Assembly (NCBI GenBank): GCA_947631495.1
Contig: CANRLO010000002.1
Span: 1 to 62,828 of the forward strand
From: an uncultured Clostridia bacterium
GTDB lineage: Bacteria > Bacillota > Clostridia > TANB77 > CAG-508
Length of the DNA stretch: 62,828 bases
Reading direction: 5' to 3'
The translations under genes and the position numbers were made by a program. Shown piece after piece: positions 8,376-18,971 of the stretch (the first letter of the stretch is position 1; every line of letters starts with the position of its first letter). The notes under the pieces were generated by a model that searched no databases, was not told where the DNA came from, and saw only the letters and a program-made list of their open reading frames with translations.

Positions 8376-9008
8376 ATGCAAATTTTAAAAAGAAATCAAA
8401 TTATTATTTTAGTAGTTGCACTAATGCTAGTTTCAGCAGGTTACTTAAATTTTGTAACAAGACAAAACGAAAATACGATTGCTACTAGTGTACAAGATGA
8501 AAATATTCAAGTTGCAGGAATAGGAGATGCAAAATTAGTAAGCAGTAATGGAATAGTTGAACAAAACGAAATAATATCTGATGATTTAAATAATCAAAAT
8601 AACGTAATAGAAAATGAAATTGATGCGACTATTAGTACAAATAGCGATATAGCTCAAGACGATAGTAACTATTTTTCTTCATCTCGTTTGAACCGCGAAA
8701 CCATGTATTCACAAATGATAGAAAGTTATCAAAAGATATTAGAAAATGAATCTATTAGTGAAACACAAAAAGCTATTGCACAAACAGAAATACAAAATAT
8801 CAATAAAACGAAAAATAAAATTATGATATGTGAAAATTTAATAAAAACAAAGCAAATAGAAGATTTAGTAATTTTTGTAAATGATAAAAGTATTAGTGTT
8901 GTAGTAAAGGCAAATAAGCTAGAACAAGAGCAAATTGCGCAAATTCAAAATATTATTGCAAGAGAAATGGAAACAGATATTACTAATATTCATATTAGCA
9001 ATAAATAA
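8376..9008 (+). CDS. spoIIIAH: stage III sporulation protein AH
   Basis: AGGAGG RBS before ATG 8376, N-terminal TM anchor MQILKRNQIIILVVALMLVSAGYLNF, last gene of the operon. Confidence 0.7.
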   Translation: MQILKRNQIIILVVALMLVSAGYLNFVTRQNENTIATSVQDENIQVAGIGDAKLVSSNGIVEQNEIISDDLNNQNNVIENEIDATISTNSDIAQDDSNYFSSSRLNRETMYSQMIESYQKILENESISETQKAIAQTEIQNINKTKNKIMICENLIKTKQIEDLVIFVNDKSISVVVKANKLEQEQIAQIQNIIAREMETDITNIHISNK

Positions 9009-9131
9009 TATTGAAAAATATTACTGAAAAATATTACTGCAAAAAAAATTAAAAAAATGTCTTGTAAAAAATAAAATAATTGATATAATATTTAACATGT
9101 AAAAAAATAAGAAATTTAGGAGGAAAAATTT

Positions 9132-10271
9132 ATGGTAAAAAAAGTAGCAATACTTGCAAATGGAGGAGACGTATCAGGTTTTAATGCAGTAATTCGTGCA
9201 ATTGTTAAAACAGCAGAAAGTAATGGTGTAGAATGTTATGGCTTTATTGATGGGTATCGTGGGTTATTAAAGAATGATTATATAAAATTAAGCAGTGCAG
9301 ACACAGCATCTGGTATTTTACAAAAAGGTGGTTCAATTATTTCATCTTCAACAAATGCTAACGTATTTCGTTATAAAGTAGTAGATGAAAATGGAAATGT
9401 AACTTACCAAGATTTATCTGAAAAATGTGTACAAAATGTAAAAGAAGATGGATTTGATTGCATCTTTACATTAGGAGGAGATAGTACTCAAAAATCAGCA
9501 AGAGATTTCTCTTTAAGAGGAATTAATGTAATTGGTGTACCAAAAACAATTGATAACGATGTAGCTTGTACAGATATTACTTTTGGTTATAATACAGCAG
9601 TATCTGTTGCAACAGAAGCATTAGACAGACTTCATACAACAGCAGAAACACACAATAGAATTATGGTATTAGAAGTAATGGGAAGAGAAGCAGGATGGAT
9701 TGCATTAGAATCTGCTATTGCAGGTGGAGCAGATGTAGCCTTAATTCCAGAAATTCCATATGATATTAACAAAGCAGCAGAAGCAATAAAGAAAAGACAA
9801 GCTATTGGCAAAAACTTTAGCATTGTTGTTGTATCAGAAGGAGCTTTCCCAAAAGGTGGAGATGTATCAGTTGCTAACCAAAGAGATGGAGGAGAAGGTG
9901 TTATTAACATTCAACTTGGTGGCGCAGGAGAAAAAGTAGCAAAAGAACTAGAAAAATTAACAGGATTAACAGCAAGATGTACAGTTCTTGGCTATATGCA
10001 AAGAGGAGGAACTCCAACTGCATTTGACCGTGTACTTTCTACAAAATATGGTGCAAAAGCAATGGAATTAGCCTTAGAAGGAAAATTCAATGTACTAACA
10101 GTTTTAAAAGATGGAAAATTAGACTATGTTGATTTAGAAGATGTTGTAGGAAATAATAAAGAAATTGGTGCTGTACAAGGTGGTACTGCAGAAAGCAATG
10201 TAAGAATTGTAACTATGGACCATGATTTAGTAAAAACAGCAAGAGATATTGGAATTAACTTAGGAGATTAA
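9132..10271 (+). CDS. pfkA: 6-phosphofructokinase (ATP versus PPi dependence not resolved)
   Basis: VAILANGGDVSGFNAVIR, TLGGDST, PKTIDND and MGREAGWIAL are PFK family motifs. Confidence 0.88.
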   Translation: MVKKVAILANGGDVSGFNAVIRAIVKTAESNGVECYGFIDGYRGLLKNDYIKLSSADTASGILQKGGSIISSSTNANVFRYKVVDENGNVTYQDLSEKCVQNVKEDGFDCIFTLGGDSTQKSARDFSLRGINVIGVPKTIDNDVACTDITFGYNTAVSVATEALDRLHTTAETHNRIMVLEVMGREAGWIALESAIAGGADVALIPEIPYDINKAAEAIKKRQAIGKNFSIVVVSEGAFPKGGDVSVANQRDGGEGVINIQLGGAGEKVAKELEKLTGLTARCTVLGYMQRGGTPTAFDRVLSTKYGAKAMELALEGKFNVLTVLKDGKLDYVDLEDVVGNNKEIGAVQGGTAESNVRIVTMDHDLVKTARDIGINLGD

Positions 10272-10385
10272 AGTATTAAGAGGTTTCTTATTTTAGGAAG
10301 CCTCTTTCAAATATTAAAAAAAACGATTGAAATTAACCTTATTTTTTGCTACAATAGGAAAGAAATAAAACACAAGGAGAAAAAT

Positions 10386-12095
10386 ATGTTAGATTTTAAA
10401 GAAGAAATAGCACAAGCTTTACAAAAGGCTACAGGCTTAGAAAAAGAAGAATTAAAAAGTTATATTGAAATTCCAAAGGATGCTTCTATGGGAGACTATG
10501 CTTTCCCATGTTTTAAGCTTGCTAAAACATTAAAAAAAGCACCACCTGCAATTGCAGAAGAAATAAAAGGAAAATTACAAGTAAACGAAAGTATCATAAC
10601 TAAAGTAGAAATAGTAGGTGGCTACATAAATTTCTATGCAAATAACAATACTTTTATAAATGAAGTATTAAAAGAATATGATTCAAAAAAAGAACAATAT
10701 GGGAACTCTAATATGGGAGAAGAAAAAAACATTGTAATTGAATATTCTTCTCCAAATATTGCAAAGCCATTTCATATAGGACATTTACGTTCTACAGTTA
10801 TTGGAGGGGCTTTATACAAAATATACAAATTCTTAGGATACAATACCATAGGTATAAACCATTTAGGAGACTATGGTACACAATTTGGAAAGATTATTGA
10901 AGGCTACAAACGTTGGGGAGAAGAATATAAAGTAGAAGAAGAACCAATTGATGAGCTTACAAAAATTTATATAAGAATCAATAAATTGTGCGAAGAAGAT
11001 GAAGAAGTATTAAATCTTTGCCGAAATAACTTTAAAAAGTTAGAAGAAGGCGATGAATATTGCACAAAAATATGGCAAAAATTTAGAGACCTAAGCTTAA
11101 AAGAGTTTAAAAGAATTTATGATATGTTAAATATCAATTTTGACTCTTGGAATGGCGAAGCCTTCTATTTTGACAAAATGGATGAAGTTATAGAAAAATT
11201 ACAGAAAACAGGAAAATTAGTAGAATCAGAAGGTGCAAAAATTATTGATTTAACAGAACAAAATATGGCTCCTTGCATTATAGAAAAATCAAATGGTTCT
11301 ACTACTTATGCAACAAGGGATTTAGCTGCTATTTTATACCGTGCACGTACGTACGATTTTGATAAAGATATTTATGTAGTAGCCTATGAACAAAATTTAC
11401 ATTTTAAACAAGTATTCGAAGTAGCAAAATTATTAGGCTTAGATGAAAAATATGTAAATGGTCTAGAACATGTGCCTTTTGGCATGGTAAGACTAAAAAC
11501 AGGAAAAATGTCAACAAGAGAAGGAACGTTAATAAAGCTAGAAGATTTGCTTAATGAAGCAATTTCAAGAGCACTAAAAGTAGTAGAAGAAAAAAATCCA
11601 GATTTAGAAAATAAAGAAGAAGTAGCAAAAAAAGTAGGACTTGGAGCAGTAATCTTCAATGACTTATCAAATAGCAGAATTAAAGACGAAGTATTTGATT
11701 GGGACACCATGTTAAACTTCCAAGGGGAAACAGGTCCTTATGTGCAATATATTTATGTACGTACCAAAAGCGTACTTGAAAAAGCAGGCTATGTACCAGA
11801 ATATAAAGAAATAAATACAAAAAATTTAGCGGATGAAGCTTCTTGTAATGTAATAAAAACAATTGCAAACTTTGCAGATACATTAAAGCAAGTAGTAGAA
11901 AAAAATGAACCATCAATTCTTGCAAGGTATTTAATTGAACTTAGCCAAAGTTTTAGCAGTTTCTATAATAACAATAAAATTATTGGAGAAGAAAAAGAAG
12001 TACAAGATGCTCGTTTATACTTAACTTATATAGTAGGAAATATTTTAAAAACAGGAGCAAATTTACTAGGAATAGAAATGCCAGATAGAATGTAA
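10386..12095 (+). CDS. argS: arginine--tRNA ligase
   Basis: Class I HIGH motif (PFHIGHLRS), ArgRS N-terminal domain, C-terminus ending ...MPDRM. The leader is only ~115 nt, so there is no room for a T-box. Confidence 0.92.
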   Translation: MLDFKEEIAQALQKATGLEKEELKSYIEIPKDASMGDYAFPCFKLAKTLKKAPPAIAEEIKGKLQVNESIITKVEIVGGYINFYANNNTFINEVLKEYDSKKEQYGNSNMGEEKNIVIEYSSPNIAKPFHIGHLRSTVIGGALYKIYKFLGYNTIGINHLGDYGTQFGKIIEGYKRWGEEYKVEEEPIDELTKIYIRINKLCEEDEEVLNLCRNNFKKLEEGDEYCTKIWQKFRDLSLKEFKRIYDMLNINFDSWNGEAFYFDKMDEVIEKLQKTGKLVESEGAKIIDLTEQNMAPCIIEKSNGSTTYATRDLAAILYRARTYDFDKDIYVVAYEQNLHFKQVFEVAKLLGLDEKYVNGLEHVPFGMVRLKTGKMSTREGTLIKLEDLLNEAISRALKVVEEKNPDLENKEEVAKKVGLGAVIFNDLSNSRIKDEVFDWDTMLNFQGETGPYVQYIYVRTKSVLEKAGYVPEYKEINTKNLADEASCNVIKTIANFADTLKQVVEKNEPSILARYLIELSQSFSSFYNNNKIIGEEKEVQDARLYLTYIVGNILKTGANLLGIEMPDRM

Positions 12096-12199
12096 ATAAC
12101 AATAGACAAGTTATTAAAAAAATTAACTTAAATTGTCAAAGTAAAAATAAAAAACATGAAATAACACGAAATAACACGGAAATTTCTAAAAAAATTATA

Positions 12200-12228
12200 T
12201 TGAAAATTAAAAACAATTATATTATAAT
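12200..12228 (+). promoter_or_regulatory. sigma-A type promoter of the ATPase/RloB-like pair
   Basis: TTGAAA (12200-12205), 17 bp, TATAAT (12223-12228). Confidence 0.5.
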
Positions 12229-12262
12229 AAATAAAGTAAAATATGAAAAATGAGGTATCAAT

Positions 12263-13360
12263 ATGTTAAAAAAATTCGAAGTAAAAGGATACAAGAACTT
12301 CAAAAATAACTTTATATTTGACTTCTCTGATGTGAGAGATTATGATTTTAATCAGCAATGTATAGAAAATAATTTAGTAAATAATGCCATTTTATATGGA
12401 AAAAACGCAAGAGGAAAAACAAACTTAGGAAATGCTATTATGGATGTAAAGTATAATTTTTATAGAGAATTTTACATGTTTGATGATGAACAAGACAATT
12501 ATTTAAATGCAGACTCTAATACAGAATATGCAGAATTTAAATATATCTTCAAATTCGATGAAGATGAAGTAGAATATTATTATCAAAAAACAAATCGTTT
12601 CAAAATAAATTATGAAAAATTAACAATTAATCAACAATTATTATTTGAATATGATTCTAAAAATAAAATAGAAAAAACCAATAATATTGATTTAGTTAAT
12701 TTAGAAACATTAAATTGGAATTTAATAAAGGAAGATGATGAAATCAGTGTCTTAAACTATATTATTAGTCATATTCCAATGCCAGAAACAAATGTACTTA
12801 TGAAAACATATACCTTCATTAAAAATATGTGTCTTATTACTAATCGCAGTAGAATGTCTCCAATATTTAGAGGTTCTATTCGAAGAATTATTGAAAAGAA
12901 TCAAGTAAAAGAACTAGAAAAGTTTTTAAATGATTTTGGAATAGAAGAAAAATTAACTGTGAAAGAAATACCTTCTGGAGAAAAAGAATTATATTTTAAC
13001 CATAAAAAACCAATTAGAGTAATAGGAAATACATCTAGTGGAACCGATGCTTTAATTCAATTATTCCGCTATTATAAAGAAATTGAAGAACTTTCTTTTT
13101 TATATATTGATGAATTTGATGCATTTTATCATTATGAATTATCTGAAAGTGTTATTAAAATGTTGGGAAAAATCAAAAAATGTCAAACAATTACAACATC
13201 ACATAATACAAACTTATTAAGTAACCAAATAATGAGACCAGATTGTTTCTTTATTATAACCAAAGAAAAAGTAGTATCTATTGTAAATGCAACAGACAGA
13301 GAATTAAAAGAAGAACATAATTTAGAAAATTTATATAAAAGTGGGGAGTTCGGAAAATAA
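12263..13360 (+). CDS. AAA_21/ABC-type ATPase (RloA/AriA-like)
   Basis: Walker A YGKNARGKTN, Walker B FLYIDEFDAFYH, downstream TSHNTNLL. No transporter partner. Confidence 0.7.
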   Translation: MLKKFEVKGYKNFKNNFIFDFSDVRDYDFNQQCIENNLVNNAILYGKNARGKTNLGNAIMDVKYNFYREFYMFDDEQDNYLNADSNTEYAEFKYIFKFDEDEVEYYYQKTNRFKINYEKLTINQQLLFEYDSKNKIEKTNNIDLVNLETLNWNLIKEDDEISVLNYIISHIPMPETNVLMKTYTFIKNMCLITNRSRMSPIFRGSIRRIIEKNQVKELEKFLNDFGIEEKLTVKEIPSGEKELYFNHKKPIRVIGNTSSGTDALIQLFRYYKEIEELSFLYIDEFDAFYHYELSESVIKMLGKIKKCQTITTSHNTNLLSNQIMRPDCFFIITKEKVVSIVNATDRELKEEHNLENLYKSGEFGK

Positions 13361-13363
13361 AAC

Positions 13364-14104
13364 ATGACAAAAGTATTACTATTAGTCGAAGGTGAAAAAG
13401 AAGAAAAAAGAATATTAGAAAAAGTTCTACAAGAATACAATATAGGTTTTAATGTGGAAATATATTCATATAAAACTAATATATATGAATTATATGAAAA
13501 AATGTTTTTAGGAAGAGAAGATGATTTAGAAAATATTAAACTAATTGATTTTTTAAGAGCTAAAGACAAAGAAACTCAATTTCTACAAGAAAATTTTTCA
13601 GATATTATATTGGTTTTTGATTATGATGCACAAGATAATAGATTTTCTGAAGAAAGATTAGAGTTAATGTTGAAATTCTTTAATGAAAGTACAGAAAATG
13701 GTAAACTATATATTAACTATCCTATGGTAGAATCTTATAAACACTTTAAAAGTTATCCAGAAGATATAGAGTATAAAGATAGAAAAGTAAATGTAGAAGA
13801 TATCCAAAATAAAAAATACAAAGAAATTGTTTCAAAAGAAGCCAATATTACAGATATTAGAAAATGTAAAAAAGAACATTTTAATAGCATGATTAAGCAA
13901 AACATAAAAAAGGCAAATTATATTTTGAATGGAAATTATAACATTAGCGAAGAAAATATGAAAACTACCTATTTGAATATAAATCCAGTTCAAATAGCAA
14001 AAAAACAAAATGAAGCATGGAAAGGAAATGAAGCATTTCTTTATGTATTAAATACATGTTTATTCTTTGTTTGTGATTATAAATTTAAACTTATATTAGA
14101 ATAA
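13364..14104 (+). CDS. RloB-like / TOPRIM-like protein
   Basis: LLLVEGEKEE at the N-terminus, VFDYDAQD and INYPMVESY resemble the RloB motifs (EGE.TE, D.D, SNPCFE). Starts 4 nt after the ATPase gene. Confidence 0.5.
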   Translation: MTKVLLLVEGEKEEKRILEKVLQEYNIGFNVEIYSYKTNIYELYEKMFLGREDDLENIKLIDFLRAKDKETQFLQENFSDIILVFDYDAQDNRFSEERLELMLKFFNESTENGKLYINYPMVESYKHFKSYPEDIEYKDRKVNVEDIQNKKYKEIVSKEANITDIRKCKKEHFNSMIKQNIKKANYILNGNYNISEENMKTTYLNINPVQIAKKQNEAWKGNEAFLYVLNTCLFFVCDYKFKLILE

Positions 14105-14241
14105 AAACAGAATAAAAAGTAAAAAATATTGATAAAAAATAAAAAAAATTAAAAAAATTTAAAAAAATTTTGAAAAAAGTATTGCAATTAAAATATTTAA
14201 TGGTATAATTATTTCAAATTCATACGAAAGGAGAGATTTTA

Positions 14242-14763
14242 ATGAAAAAGACATTAGTAGTTTCATTACTTATGGTAGTAGTTTTAATGTTAGTTTGTAC
14301 GGGGGTTAATGCAGCTAATTATAGAGATATATTAAAAGCAAAAATCCTTGAGGAAGCTAAAAACGCTGGAATTACAATTGGTGAAAACGAAATCAATGCA
14401 GCTTTACCAGCTGAAGTTTCAGAAGAACAATACAATGCTGTCGTAGGCGAAATTAACGATATGAAAGCTGAGTATGGAGAAACTAAATTCGAAGATTTAT
14501 CAAAAGCAGATAAAGAAGCATTATTAGAAAGTGCACAAGCAGCAGCTAGCGTATTCGATATTACAATTACAGCTCAAAATGGTAACATAACAGTTACAAA
14601 CAAAGCTGGAAACACAATTGCTTCTAGAACTTATGATGCAAACGGAATTAAAACAGCTCAACAAACAGGTAGTGACAACTTAGTATATGTTGTATTAGCT
14701 GGTGTAGCAATTATTGCCATTGCTGGAACAGTAGTAGTTAAGAAAGCTAGAGCTAATGCGTAA
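14242..14763 (+). CDS. secreted cell-wall-anchored protein (sortase substrate candidate)
   Basis: Signal peptide MKKTLVVSLLMVVVLMLVCTGVNA. The C-terminus is AQQTGS + a hydrophobic stretch + KKARANA (sorting-signal architecture). Confidence 0.6.
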   Translation: MKKTLVVSLLMVVVLMLVCTGVNAANYRDILKAKILEEAKNAGITIGENEINAALPAEVSEEQYNAVVGEINDMKAEYGETKFEDLSKADKEALLESAQAAASVFDITITAQNGNITVTNKAGNTIASRTYDANGIKTAQQTGSDNLVYVVLAGVAIIAIAGTVVVKKARANA

Positions 14764-15382
14764 GCAATATTCTAAAAAGAATACAATACTAAAAGCAACT
14801 ATTAGAAACATAATAGTTGCTTTTGTATATGTAGCTATCTTTGTTGGCATAATAACATTACTTTTTTCATCAAAAATTAGTAAGGCAATATCACTAATTA
14901 ACATAGTTTCAAGTAACACAAGTAAAAAAGTTTTAAGTGAAGTAAAAATAGATTTAGAACATAATAAATTAGAAACATATCCAGAAATAGGAGACCGTTA
15001 TGGTACTCTTACAATAGAAAGCTTGGGGGTTAACCTTCCAATTTATTATGGAGATTCTCTTTCTATTTTAAGAAATGGAGTAGGACACTCAAGTTTTAGC
15101 TATTTCCCAGGGGAAGGTGGCTCTATTATATATATGGCACATAATACAAGAGGCTTCTTAAGAAAATTGCCAGAAATACAAGTAGGGGCTAAAATAAAAA
15201 TAAATACAGTGTATGGTGATTACACCTATACGGTAAATGAAACAAAAATTATTCATCAAACCGAAGAAGATGCTTTATACCTACAAAAGGATAAAGAAGT
15301 ATTAATATTATATACTTGCTATCCTGTTAATAGTATAGGGCATGCAACACATAGGTTCGTTACATACTCAAGTTTAGACTAA
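14756..15382 (+). CDS. sortase (class D-like)
   Basis: Catalytic-type His (YMAHNT), LILYTC Cys motif, downstream HRF Arg. The start overlaps the substrate gene stop (ATGCGTAA). Confidence 0.8.
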   Translation: MRKQYSKKNTILKATIRNIIVAFVYVAIFVGIITLLFSSKISKAISLINIVSSNTSKKVLSEVKIDLEHNKLETYPEIGDRYGTLTIESLGVNLPIYYGDSLSILRNGVGHSSFSYFPGEGGSIIYMAHNTRGFLRKLPEIQVGAKIKINTVYGDYTYTVNETKIIHQTEEDALYLQKDKEVLILYTCYPVNSIGHATHRFVTYSSLD

Positions 15383-15401
15383 AAAAGAAAGGGAAAATAA
15401 A

Positions 15402-16229
15402 ATGGTAAAAAAAATAGTATCCTATTTGATTGTATTTATATTAATTATTTTATTATTAGCTAGTACAGTTATCACAATTTTATCAAATACAATACTAAAA
15501 GAAGAATTCGTATTAGGATTAGTAGAAAAAAATAATTATTATTCAGAAGTTTATCATCAAATATTAGAAAATTTTAAAGACAATACAATACAATCTGGTT
15601 TAGAAGAAGATGTACTAGATGGCATTATGACAGAAGAACAAGTAGAACAGGATGTAAAATCTTTATTAGACTATTTATATACAGGAACAGAAATGTCAAT
15701 TGATACAGAAGGAGTAAAAACAAGATTACAAGAAAAAATTGATCAAGTAATTAAAGAAAATAATAAAAGAGTAAATAGTGACGAACAAATCGCTATTAAT
15801 ACATATGTTAATACAATTGGAAATATTTATGAAGATGGCATTACTTATGTAAAGAGTTATATTTCACAAATGCGTAATGTAGTTGAAAAAATACAAAATA
15901 TTCTTGCAAAAGTAACAATTGCAGTATATATAGCAACTATAGTTACGATTATTATTCTTCTTATTATAAATAAAAAAGAAGGATTCCAATATTTAGCCAT
16001 TTCTAGTTTGAGTTCTGGGGCATTATGTATTGCTCTAAAAATATTAGAGACATCTAGCATTAGAGTACAAAATATATTGATTTTTGGCAAGGCATTTTCA
16101 GCTGTTGTAATTAATATAATAGAAAGCATAATATTAAGCTTTGTAATAGCAGGTATTGTATTTTGCGTACTTGGTTTAATATTTAGCATTATAGGCAATA
16201 TAAAAACTGGAAAAAGAACAAAGGAATAA
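15402..16229 (+). CDS. hypothetical membrane protein
   Basis: ORF with an N-terminal TM helix and a C-terminal cluster of TM helices; no recognised domain. Confidence 0.45.
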   Translation: MVKKIVSYLIVFILIILLLASTVITILSNTILKEEFVLGLVEKNNYYSEVYHQILENFKDNTIQSGLEEDVLDGIMTEEQVEQDVKSLLDYLYTGTEMSIDTEGVKTRLQEKIDQVIKENNKRVNSDEQIAINTYVNTIGNIYEDGITYVKSYISQMRNVVEKIQNILAKVTIAVYIATIVTIIILLIINKKEGFQYLAISSLSSGALCIALKILETSSIRVQNILIFGKAFSAVVINIIESIILSFVIAGIVFCVLGLIFSIIGNIKTGKRTKE

Positions 16230-16233
16230 TATC

Positions 16234-16746
16234 ATGGAGACAACACAAATAAAATTTAAAAGAAATTTAATATTAAAAAGAATCATATTTTTATTTTTGC
16301 TACTTGCAACATTCTGTATCATTTTTAATTTTTCTTCACAAAATGGTATAGAATCTGGAAATCTTAGTAAGAAAGTAACTACATTTATAGTAGAAATATT
16401 TTCTAAATTTAAAACTATGAATTCTAGTATGAAGCTTCATTATATAGCAAAATTACATCCTATTGTTAGAAAACTAGCTCATTTTAGTATTTATACATTA
16501 GTGGGTTTTTCAATTATGGGATTTATGTGTACATTTAATATAAAAAATAAATATAAAGTGTTTGTTAGTATTGTAATTGGAGTTATATATGCAGTTACAG
16601 ATGAAATTCATCAAAGTTTCACACCAGGAAGAGGACCAAGCCCTATGGATGTTTGCATTGATTCATTGGGAGTTTTAACAGGAATTTTCATTATGATGCT
16701 TTTTGTAATATTTATAGAAGCAATTGCTGATTGGCTGAAAAGGTAA
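16234..16746 (+). CDS. VanZ-family membrane protein
   Basis: RKLAHFSIYTLVGF and DEIHQSFTPGRGPSPMDVCIDSLGV motifs. Confidence 0.8.
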   Translation: METTQIKFKRNLILKRIIFLFLLLATFCIIFNFSSQNGIESGNLSKKVTTFIVEIFSKFKTMNSSMKLHYIAKLHPIVRKLAHFSIYTLVGFSIMGFMCTFNIKNKYKVFVSIVIGVIYAVTDEIHQSFTPGRGPSPMDVCIDSLGVLTGIFIMMLFVIFIEAIADWLKR

Positions 16747-16767
16747 AAAAATAATTTATAATATAAA

Positions 16768-16808
16768 AAAGATTTTAGAGTTTTATAAAAATTCTAAAAT
16801 CTTTTTTT
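16768..16808 (+). terminator. rho-independent terminator
   Basis: AAAGATTTTAGA pairs with TCTAAAATCTTT, followed by a T-run. Confidence 0.8.
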
Positions 16809-16981
16809 GTGTGAAAATTAAAATATGTAATATTTTCCAAAATAATTAGTAACCAATATACATAAAAAAGTAAATTTAAAAAACTTAGATACCTAGAATC
16901 ACAATAATTCTAATAAAAATAGAAGATATTTATATTTTTTTCAAAAAACTTCAAAAAAAGCTAAAAAAAGACAATAAATGT

Positions 16982-17010
16982 TTGACATTATATAGAAAAA
17001 ATTATATAAT
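16982..17010 (+). promoter_or_regulatory. consensus sigma-A promoter of polysaccharide locus 1
   Basis: TTGACA (16982-16987), 17 bp, TATAAT (17005-17010), ~25 nt before the GGGGG RBS/ATG at 17035. Confidence 0.6.
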
Positions 17011-17034
17011 TATATTTACTAGGGGGAATTTAAA

Positions 17035-17751
17035 ATGGGTACAAATTTAGAACATGATAATGCCATTTTACTAGATGATGTCATACTAGAAACTCAAGTA
17101 AAACAAGAAGAAGCAGTTAGCAATGAAAAAATTATATATAGAACAATAAAAAGATTTGTAGATATTATTGGAGGTTTAGTAGGAGTAATAATTCTAATTC
17201 CAATAACAGCTATTTTATACATAGTAAACAAAATATCAAAAGAAAATAAAGGACCATTGTTTTTTGACCAATTACGCATAGGAAAAGACGGAAAAGAATT
17301 TAAATTATATAAATACCGTTCTATGGTAATGCATGCAGATGAAAAACTATGGGAATATTTAAACGAAAATGAAGAAGCAAGAGAGGAATACCATAAATAT
17401 AAAAAATTAAAGAATGACCCTAGAATTACAAAGCTAGGTAATTTTTTAAGAAAAACAAGTTTAGATGAGTTACCTCAATTAATAAATGTATTAAAAGGTG
17501 AAATGAGTTTAGTAGGACCACGTCCATACCTTTATAGAGAAAAGGAAGATATGGGAAGCAAATATCAACAAATTATAACAGTTAAGCCAGGTCTTACTGG
17601 TTTATGGCAAGTAAGTGGTAGAAGCGGTGTTGATTTTGAAGAAAGATTAAATATAGATATTAAATATCTTAAAGAAAAAAACTTATGGCTAGATTTTACA
17701 ATACTTCTAAAAACATTTTTAAAAGTTTTTAGAGGAGGGGGAGCAATCTAA
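17035..17751 (+). CDS. priming sugar-phosphate transferase (bacterial sugar transferase family), locus 1
   Basis: KRFVDIIGG...LYKYRSM...DPRITKLGNFLRKTSLDELPQLINVLKGEMSLVGPRP, the classic PF02397-type motif string. Confidence 0.88.
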   Translation: MGTNLEHDNAILLDDVILETQVKQEEAVSNEKIIYRTIKRFVDIIGGLVGVIILIPITAILYIVNKISKENKGPLFFDQLRIGKDGKEFKLYKYRSMVMHADEKLWEYLNENEEAREEYHKYKKLKNDPRITKLGNFLRKTSLDELPQLINVLKGEMSLVGPRPYLYREKEDMGSKYQQIITVKPGLTGLWQVSGRSGVDFEERLNIDIKYLKEKNLWLDFTILLKTFLKVFRGGGAI

Positions 17752-18971
17752 TGCGAATATTATTAGTAAATAAATTTCATTATTTAAAAGGTGGAAGTGA
17801 AAAGTACTACTTTGAATTAGCAGAATTATTAAAGGAAAAAGGACACGAAGTAGCTTTTTTTTCTATGAAAGATGAAAAAAATATTAAAACAGAATGTAAA
17901 GAATATATGGTAGAAAATACAGATATGGATAGCAAAAACATTTTTAAGGCATTTGATATTATATATTCTAAAGCTAACAAGAAAAAAATGATAGAAGCTA
18001 TAGAAGATTTTAAGCCAGATATTGTTCATATTAATAATTTTCAAAGACAATTATCAGCTTCAATTATTGATGCAATAAAAGAAAAAAATATACCAATTGT
18101 ATTTACTGCACATGATTTACAAGCAGTATGTCCTGTAAGTGCTATGCTTAATAAAGGTAAAATATGTGAAAAATGTAAAGGTGGTAAATATTATAATTGT
18201 TTTAAAAATAAATGTACTAAAGAATCAAGAAGTAAGAGTTTAGCTAATATGATTGAGGCATATTATTATAAATGTAAAAAAATATATCAAAATATTGATT
18301 GTATTATAACTCCATCTGAGTTTGTAAAAAGGAAAATTCAAGAAGATAATATAAATTTAAAAAACATAGAAGTAATTCCTAATTTTGTAGATATTAATAA
18401 ATTTCAAAATTATCAAATAGAAGATGAAAATTATGTTTTATTTTCTGGCAGATTATCTATAGAAAAAGGTATTATCAATGTAGTAAAGGCATTTAGTAAT
18501 ATACCAAATGGAAAATTATATATTGCTGGTAATGGACCAGAAAAAGATAATATAACAAAAATAATAAGAGATAATCAACTAGAGAAAAAAGTAAAATTAT
18601 TAGGCTTTTTATCTCAAGAAGAGTTAAAAGAATATTTAAGAAAAGCAACTTGTTTAGTATTACCATCTATATGGTACGAAAATTGTCCATATTCCATTAT
18701 AGAAGCATTTGCTATGGGAAAACCAGTTATTTCAACTCAAGTTGGTGGAATTCCAGAATTAGTGAAAGAAAATGTAAATGGATTTTTATATGATTATGAT
18801 AATATAGAAGAACTAACAAAAATTTTAAATAATATATTACAAAATAAGGAAAAAGCAAAAAAATTAGGGGAAAATGCTAAATTAGATGCTATAAATAGAT
18901 ATTCAAAAGAAGCGTATTATAATAAAATAATGCAAATATATAGTAAAGTTTTAAGTTGGGATGAAAAATGA
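17751..18971 (+). CDS. GT4-family glycosyltransferase
   Basis: [18 protein letters not shown]-terminus and C-terminal [27 protein letters not shown] motif. Confidence 0.8.
   Translation: MRILLVNKFHYLKGGSEKYYFELAELLKEKGHEVAFFSMKDEKNIKTECKEYMVENTDMDSKNIFKAFDIIYSKANKKKMIEAIEDFKPDIVHINNFQRQLSASIIDAIKEKNIPIVFTAHDLQAVCPVSAMLNKGKICEKCKGGKYYNCFKNKCTKESRSKSLANMIEAYYYKCKKIYQNIDCIITPSEFVKRKIQEDNINLKNIEVIPNFVDINKFQNYQIEDENYVLFSGRLSIEKGIINVVKAFSNIPNGKLYIAGNGPEKDNITKIIRDNQLEKKVKLLGFLSQEELKEYLRKATCLVLPSIWYENCPYSIIEAFAMGKPVISTQVGGIPELVKENVNGFLYDYDNIEELTKILNNILQNKEKAKKLGENAKLDAINRYSKEAYYNKIMQIYSKVLSWDEK

Noticed and set aside
8147-8488. A 113-aa plus-strand ORF spans the end of spoIIIAG, element C and the start of spoIIIAH.
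   Set aside because: It runs through the palindromic repeat element and is out of frame with the conserved SpoIIIAG and SpoIIIAH sequences. It has no RBS.
10272-10385. A T-box leader was expected upstream of argS.
   Set aside because: The intergenic region is only ~115 nt and contains a terminator-like hairpin for pfk and a promoter. That is too short for a T-box, and no specifier or T-box sequence is visible.
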